DNA of 64,000 bases from Nitrosopumilus sp. (lineage in GTDB: Archaea; Thermoproteota; Nitrososphaeria; Nitrososphaerales; Nitrosopumilaceae). Location: positions 1,184,001 through 1,248,000 of the forward strand of contig OZ245003.1 in the NCBI GenBank assembly GCA_965223425.1. The letters are read 5' to 3'. Positions 43,501 to 52,500 of this stretch are shown here, one piece after another. The notes under the pieces were generated by a model that searched no databases, was not told the origin of the DNA, and saw only the letters and a program-made list of their open reading frames with translations. The first letter of the stretch is position 1. Every line of letters begins with the position of its first letter. The position numbers and the translations under genes are program-made.

Positions 43501-46500
43501 GTTGACGGGCTCGACGCCGTCCTGCAACACCGCTGGATCCAGCTCTTGCCTGAGACGCCGCAGGTGCGCATTGTCAATGCCAACCACTCAGAAGCGTCAT
43601 TTCTGGCACCGCAGGTCTCCTCGACTACGGAATTTCTCTTTCTCCTTACCGTGTGGGACCGCACAATCAGCACGGGCACCGACTTTGTCACCATGACTGT
43701 GATAGACGTGGCACCTGACAGGCCCACCGCGCAGGCAGGCCGGGATCAGGAGATAAACGAGGGCTTTACTGTCCACCTCAACGGCCGCGACTCCACTGAT
43801 CCCAACGGCGACCCCCTGACGTACCTGTGGCGCCAGGTGTCCCCTGCCTCCCCGCAGGTCTCCTTTGATAATGCCACCTCCTCCCGGACGTCATTTACGG
43901 CACCGACTGTCTCAAACCAGACTGACTTTGTCTTTGAGCTTGCAGTGGATGACGGACAGGGCAACTCTCACACTGATACTGTCACCGTCACCGTCTTTGA
44001 CAGCGCCTCCAACTCGCCCACAGCTGAGGCAGGCGCAGCCCAGAATGTCACCAAGGGATCCACCGTGCGTCTTGACGGCACCCTGTCCTCGGATCCAAAC
44101 GGCGACCAGCTGACCTACTCGTGGAGTCAGCTCATTCCCAACAGGCCACGTGTGCAGCTAGACGACTCTGCCTCCCCCACGCCGTCATTTACGGTTCCCT
44201 CTTTGACTCTTGGCGACCTGCTTATCTTCGAGCTTATAGTGGATGACGGCAACGGCAACACGGGCAAGGACAATGTAATACTGACTGTCGTAAGACCGCC
44301 CCCAGCTGCCGATGCCGGCCCAAACCAGCACGTGCAGGAAGGAGACACGGTGACCCTTGACGGGACCAACTCGACGGATCCTGACGGCGGCGACGACACC
44401 CTGACGTACTCGTGGTCCCAGACATCCGGCTCCCCTGCCGTATCCCTGGAAAACGCCAACACAACAAGCCCCACATTCAGGGCACCGCAAACCGGCAGTA
44501 CTGCCACCCTAGAGTTCACGCTTACGGCAAGCGACGATTCCTTGTCAAACGGCACTGACACGGTAACTGTCACAGTCTACGACGACCAGACAGTCTTTGC
44601 CAGGTCTGCCACGTACTATGAAAACCACGGCATCCTCGGCATAACCTTCAACAGGGACATCGATAGACTGCCAGGTATTTTATTTGACTTGTTTTCTATC
44701 CGCGAGTCCGGCTCTAATTCTGGCGGCTCGGATCTTGGCTCCTCTGAATGGCTGGAAAACACGGCAGCGCGCAGCACGATGATCTTCATGCTTGACCCGT
44801 CCACGGATGACGCAGTCAGGGCTTTGACATTCCCGGAGATTGACATAGAGGCTTTTGCCGTGTCTGGCACAAATGGCATCCAATTTATGTACGACCAAAC
44901 CGAACTGCCAGTCGTCAAAAGCGGCGCATTTCTTCCGCGGGTAACCACTGCTGTTGCCACTGCCCAAAGCGAGATCACCGTGCGCTTTTTGTCCAACGTC
45001 GACACGGACATAACCAACGGCACGGGATGGTCCGTGGGCGCCTCCGTGGACGTGGGCCTGGAAGAAAACCTTGCCGTAGAGTCAAACTCGGATCCCGGCG
45101 GGACGACAGACGCCATGACGCTTGCGCTAAACGGCTCGCTGCCAACAGGATTCAGGTCAGGTGCCATCTTCCTTGACTACCAGAGGCCGTCTGATGACGG
45201 CACCGGCATCTTCAACGGCACCGAATACCTGGGCAGCACCAACCGCATCTTGCTAACTGACGGCATACCACCGGTAATAGTCAATGCCAGCGCAGCTTCT
45301 CCAACTGCCACGTCAATAACCCTGACCTTCTCAGAGAGGATCACAGGCCAGGCCAACGCCGAAAGCTTTTCGCTCTCGCGTACGGCAGGCAGCGCCACCA
45401 CGACGCCGGTGCCTGCAGTGGTGTCGCAGGTAGAGGCCGGCTCATCTCCCACCATCACGCTTAACCTTAACGGCACCATCGGCAACAACGACCTGGTTAT
45501 CGGCTACAACCGGGATCTGGGAGGCGACAGCAGCATGGCAGACATTGCAGGCAACCCCGTGGCAAGCTTTGCAGACATACCGGTGGCCACGCCGCCTGCG
45601 GATCCCGTTCTGCCTACACCACCGGAAGACGACAGCTACGCGATAGATTCGCCTGTTCCAGTAGCCTCTATCACTGACGGCCAGACCCATTCTAACGGCA
45701 AGACATTTGACGAGCTTAACGGCGTATATGACATCGCCACAGTAAAGATAGACACTAGTACCTACGCCCTGGTTGTAGCAAGCACATTTGGTGCTGACAA
45801 CGGCGTCCAGATAATCGACATTACAGATCCCGCAAATCCCGCACCAGTCGCCTCCTTTGATAAAGGGGATACCGTCACAGTCGGCAATGCAACCAAGACA
45901 TTTGACGAGCTTCTTGGCGCACGAGCTATCACCACAGTAAAGATAGACACTAGTACCTACGCCCTGGTCGCAGCATTCACTGACAACGGCGTCCAGATAA
46001 TCAACGTCACCAATCCCGACTTGCCAGCCCCAGTCGCCTCCTTTGATGACGGGGATACTGTCACAGTCAACGGGACAACCAAGACATTTGACACGCTTCG
46101 AGGTACACGAGCCATCACCACCGTGGATATAGACTCCAGCACGTACGCCCTGGTAGCAGCATCCAATGACGACGGCGTCCAGATAGTCGACATTACAGAT
46201 CCCGCAAAACCCGTCCCAACCGCCTCCTTTGATGACGGGGACATCGTCACAGTTGGCGATACAGAGAAGACGTTTGACGAGCTTAATGGCGCACGGGCCA
46301 TCACCACCGTGGATATAGGTTCCAGCACGTACGCCCTGGTCGCATCATTTAATGACGACGGCGTCCAGATAGTCGACATTACAGATCCCACAAAACCCGT
46401 CCCAACCGCCTCCTTTGATGACGGGGACACCGTCGAAGTCGGCGGGACAAACAAGACATTTGACGAGCTTGATCAGGCAAATGGCATCACCACAGTAAAG

Positions 46501-49500
46501 ATAGATTCCAGCACGTACGCCCTGGTCGCATCATTAGATGACGACGGCGTCCAGATAGTCGACATTACAGATCCCGCAAAACCCGTCCCAACCGCCTCCT
46601 TTGGTGACGGGGACACCGTCACAGTCGGCAATGCAAACAGGACATTTGACGAGCTTGACGGCGCACGGGCCATCACCACCGTGGATATAGGTTCCAGCAC
46701 GTACGCCCTGGTCGCATCATTTAATGACGACGGCGTCCAGATAGTCGACATTACGGATCCCTCAAACCCCTTCCCGACAGCCTCCTTTGATGACGGGGAC
46801 ACCGTCACAGTCAATGGGACAACCAGGACATTTGACGAGCTTGACGGCGCACGGGCCATCACCACCGTGGATATAGGTTCCAGCACGTACGCCCTGGTCG
46901 CATCACTCACTGACAACGGCGTCCAGATAGTCGGCATCTCGTCAAGATCTATTACAAACCAGCCCACTGTAGCCCCAACCCTCGTATCTGTTGAAAGGCA
47001 CGACCCTGCCACACAGAGCACAAACGATACCACCCCGACCTTCAGGGCAACCTTCAGCAAGGCAGTAACCAACGTGGATGCGCCAGACTTTGTGATCATA
47101 GGTGATGCCACAGCGACAGTCTCTGCTGTCACCCCGGTATCTGATACGGTATACCACGTGGAGGTAAACGTGACTGCAGACGGCATAGTCAACCTTGGCA
47201 TTGATGCAGGACACAACATCCAAGATGCCGCAGGCAACTCCCTGTCCGGTACTGAGCCTACCGATACAGACGAGCCATACACCATAGATACTGCTCCGCC
47301 AACCCTCCTGGCCGTTACAAGGATACACCCTGCAGCAGAAAACACAAACGATCGCAACCCGATCTTCAGGGTCATATTCGGCGAGGCAGTCACCAACGTG
47401 GACAAGGAAGACTTTGAGACCTTGGGCAATGCCACTTCAACAGTCTCTTCGGCCACCCGCATATTTGATACCCAATACGACGTGCTGGTAACGGTAACTG
47501 CAGACGGCACGGTCAACCTTGGCATTGATGCAGGACACAACATCACAGATGTTGCAGGCAACGCCCTGTCAGACACGACACCTACCGGAGCAAACGAGCC
47601 ATACACCATAGATACCGTTCAGCCAACCATCCTGTCCATTAAAAGGCATAACCCCCTCACAGAAAACACAACTGATTCCACCCCGACCTTCAGGGTAACC
47701 TTCAGCGAGGAGGTACTTGAGGTGAACAAGCCAGACTTTGCGATCACAGACAGCAGCAGCGCCAATGCGACAGTCTCTACAGTCACCCCTGTACCCGGCA
47801 GTACGGTATACGACGTGGGGGTGACCGTAACTGCAAACGGCACAGTCAGCCTTGTGCTTGCAGGATTACACTATATCATTGATACTGCAAGCAACTCCCT
47901 GTCTCCTGCGGATCCGCCCGTCAGCGAATCATACAATGTCCTCCTCACGCAGGCAGAAAACCGGCAGCCGACAATCACCCTAACCGGCGACAACCCTGCA
48001 ACTGCAGAAAGGTACGTCACGTATACAGATGCCGGGGCAGCCTGCGCCGATCCTGACGGCGATGATATAACGCTTACCAGCTCCTCCAATGTGGACACGG
48101 ACACAGTATCTTTGCCGGCATCTCCTTACCGGTACACCTACTCGTGTACAGACCAACACGGGCTTGCCGCGACAAACAAGACCAGACTCGTCAGTGTGGA
48201 GGATACCGTGAAACCTGTGATTACCCTTGTCGGCCCGGCATCAGTACCGCTGACAGTGGGCGACACATACACGGAAGAAGGGGCAACCTGCACTGACTCT
48301 GGCCGTCTGCTTGGTGCTGCCAGTATCGGCGGCGCTACGGTGGACACGGCTGTCGTCAACGAGTACGATGTGGTGTATGCCTGCTCAGACGGGTACAACA
48401 ACGCTATTCCGGTAACCAGGACCGTAACTGTTACAGAGCCCACGATAACGCCACCACCACCGGACGTCAACGTCCCCCCATCTGCGTCAATCAGCGCGCC
48501 TCCCCGGGCAGCAGAGGGAACGCAGGTAACCCTTGACGGGAGCGGCTCGACAGACACTGACGGCACCATACAATCATACAACTGGACTGCCAGCAACCCG
48601 GCAGTAGCCATCACCGGCAGCAACCTGCCAACTGCATCATTTATTGCGCCCCAGGTCACAGAGGACACTTCTCTGGCCATCACGCTGAAGGTAACTGACG
48701 ACGACGGCGCCACAAACTCTGCACAGCACAACATGACCATAACCAACACAAGCCCGCCACCTGACGACAGTGCCGCCCCGACGTTTACTGCCAGGACCGG
48801 CCCTGCCACAAACCAGATAACTGTAACATTCTCCAAGGCCGTCAACAGCACTGCTGACTCCCACGCAGCATGGGGCGTGGCAGGAAGCACGGTCACCGCA
48901 GTCACCGGCCTTGACGGGACAGGCAATACTGCAACCCTGACGCTGCAAAGCCCGGTACAGCCGCCTGATGCAACGCCTGCCGTAACATACAATGCCGATG
49001 CGGGGGACATCTCAGATGTTGCAGGCAACCCGCTGGCAACTGCAACTGTCACTGCTGCTGCGGGACATCCTGCAGGTCTTCACATCCACCTGATCGGCGA
49101 TGCCTTCCTATACCACACATACGGGGAACCGTACACCGACAAGGGCGCCCTGTGCCATGACGCAGACGGAAACGACATAACTGACACCGGCGACTATGAA
49201 AACCCGCCATACCTGAATCAGACGCAGACAATAAACGCCACCCTTCATGCAGATACCGTTCTTAATTTTACCCACCAATCCCAAAACGAGTACCGCCCCT
49301 TTGATCCGCAGGAGGTAATATACAAGTGTGCTACCTCGCCGTCTGAATTCGTAGAGGAGACCAGGACCGTAGCCCTGCGTGATGACACACCTCCTGAAAT
49401 CCGACTAAACGGGCCACGCGACGTGGATCTGGAGATAGGCGAGACATTTGAGGAGACTGCCACATGCACTGACGCTCCTCTCAAATACCAGACAGAACTT

Positions 49501-52500
49501 CTAAACGCCGCATTTTATCTGACTTTTCGCATCTCTTTCCTCCCTGACGGGTACCAAGACACCGCAGGAGAGCACACGATAAGCTACACATGTTCGGACT
49601 CTAAAGGCAACGACGCAGAGGATACAAGCAGGACGCTTCATGTAGGCACGCCTGACAACACGCCACCCGTGCTTGCAGTCAACCCCGGTGTGGTGACCAC
49701 CCTGGCAAACGGCACGCATGTAGTACGGCAGGATGTCGGCTTTGCAGCAGCAGGTGACGGCGGCGGCCTGCAGTCCGCAGTATCATGCACCGATAACAGG
49801 GACAGCACCCCTGCAATCACGCTGGATCCTGCCACGGTGGACACCTCAGTTAGCGGCGCCCACACCATAACGTACTCCTGCACGGATGCTGCCGGCAACC
49901 CATCTAATGATATAACAGTAACCTGGGATTTCGGTCCTGCAGCCCCCGTGCTTGCAGTAACGCCCGGAGACACCCAAGTCACGCTGGCACTCGACGCGTC
50001 ATACGAGATCCCCGCAGCATCCTGCACAGACCACAGGGACGGCGACATCACCGGCACCGGGATTGTAACTGCCATCTCGTCTGGAGGCCAGCCAGTCGAC
50101 GAAATAGACACCTCCTCTGCAGGCACATACGGTATAACGTACTCCTGCACGGACTCTGATGACAACACCTCAGAGCACAACGTGACAGTCACAATCCTGC
50201 CTGCCGTAGTTGACAGCACGCCGCCTACCATAGTGCTAAACCCGCCTGAAATCATATTTGTTCCAGTCGGGGGCAGCTTTGCAGATGCTGATACCGGCGC
50301 CCTCTGCATTGATGGCCAGGGCAATATCATAGAAGGCAGAACCACCGTGGATGCCACCGCACTTGACACGGCCGTTCTTGGCAACCACACCGTGACGTAC
50401 TCCTGCACGGTTTCTGAAGAAAACCCCCAGTCTAGCACCATATCAAGGACAGTCAGCGTGTACGGATTCACCGTAAACGGAAACATCGCCGACTTTGCAA
50501 CTGACATCACCACCTCTGATGACTACGAGGAAGGCATAATCCAAAACATTACGAATATTGAGAATCCATACCAAAGCATAAAGTATTACGATACAGCCGG
50601 GCAAGACACCGACTCTTTTGACAATCAAACACGCCCGGCAGGAACCTATACCGTACAGTATACCGTGTCTACCCCAATGTCGTCCCCGCCCATAACCTAC
50701 ACCATCACAGAGACAGTAACCGTGGTAAACGCCACCACGCAGCCAGACGGCAACACGCCCCCAATTGTGGCAATCAGCGTAGTACCTGAAGTAGAGGCAG
50801 CAGAGGGAACGCTGGTATCCCTTGACGGGACTAACTCGAGGGATGATGACGGCACCATATCATCATACGCGTGGACCACCGACGATGCGTCCATCGCAAT
50901 AACTGATGCTGACCGGCCAACTGCATCATTTACGGCGCCCCAGGTCACAGAAGACACTCCTCTGCTCATCACGCTGCGTGTAACTGACAACCAAGGCGCT
51001 CCAGGCTCTGCACAGTATACCCTGATCATAACTGACAGCGAGTCTCCTGTCGTACCTGACACCACGCCTCCAACATTTACGGTAGACGGCCACACAGGCG
51101 ACTTTGAGACGTCCCTAACAGAAGGCCAGACCTACAGGAACGGCAAGATAGATAACATCAACGAGACTGGCAGCCATCCGACCAGCACGGAGATAAGGTA
51201 CTACAGCGGCACCGGCGATGTCATCACCACCACTGACGAAAACGAGATCAACTCCATTAACAATACCAGGCCTGCCATCGGAGGCTACACCATACAGTAC
51301 CGCGTCTCTGACTCGGCCGTTTCACCAAACACCCACACAATCACAGAGACACTCACCGTGCGCGCACCTGCCACGGTAACCATAGGGGCAATCGTCTCGA
51401 CTACCGGCTCCATCTCGTCACTTGGCATACCTGCAAATGACGCCATACACCTGGCAGTAAATGACTTTAACGACAGATACCTTGCGCCAAAGGAGGCCGC
51501 ATGGAGGCTTGCAGTGTCTGGGTATGATGATAGGTCTACTTCTGAGGGCGCAATTGCAGCACTGGAACTGCTTGCAGGCAGCAACATAACCTCCATTGTG
51601 GGGCCCCTCACAAGCGATGCGCTGTCTGCAGTAAAGGGCCACGCCCTGTTTGATGAGCCGCCAAGGCTTGCCATAAGCTACGCATCCACTGCGCCTGCGG
51701 AGGATCTCAAGCAGAAAGACGACCGCGTCTTTAGGACAGTCCCTGATGATTCCAACACAGTCAGGGCGTACGTCAGCCTCTTTGAGGCAGACTCTGTGGA
51801 TTACGTGATTCCGGTGTTCCGCAACGACGCGTGGGGGGTAGCACTGAACCGGACCCTTGCAGATGAAATTGATGATCATAACAACAACAACAACAACAAC
51901 AACGAAATAACCGTACACGGCGGAATACTGTACGACCCTGACACCGTGTCACTTTCTGCCAACACAACGCTTGCCTTGCTGAATGACACGCTAAGTCGGG
52001 ATTCCGTCAGTGAAAAGGCCCCCGCAGTGGTGGTGTTCGGATTTAGTGAGACCCTTGACATACTCGACGAGGCTGCAGCCACTGCGAATCTGCCTGCAGC
52101 AAAGTGGTACGGCAGCGACGCCGTGGCGCCATCAAAGCTGCTTGAGGGTGATACCACACGGGACGAGAATCGCAGGGCATTCCTTGAGCGCACCGACTAT
52201 AACGTGCTCACCCTTGCAATAGACCAAAACGAGGCAAACAAGAGGATAGACCGCTCTGTGGACAACGCTGACGTATACTCTTATGCGGCATACGATGCAG
52301 TATACATACTCGGCACTGCCATACACCTCAACGGCGGCCCTGCAGGCAATGTGGTCAACGGGGGCCTGATTGGCAACATCACGCAGGTAGCAGACAACGC
52401 AAACGGGCACTACACAGACCCTGCCATGGGCAACACCACGCTCAACGAGTACGGCGACCTGCTGCAGGCTGACTACTTTGTCCTCTCCCTTGATGCAGGC

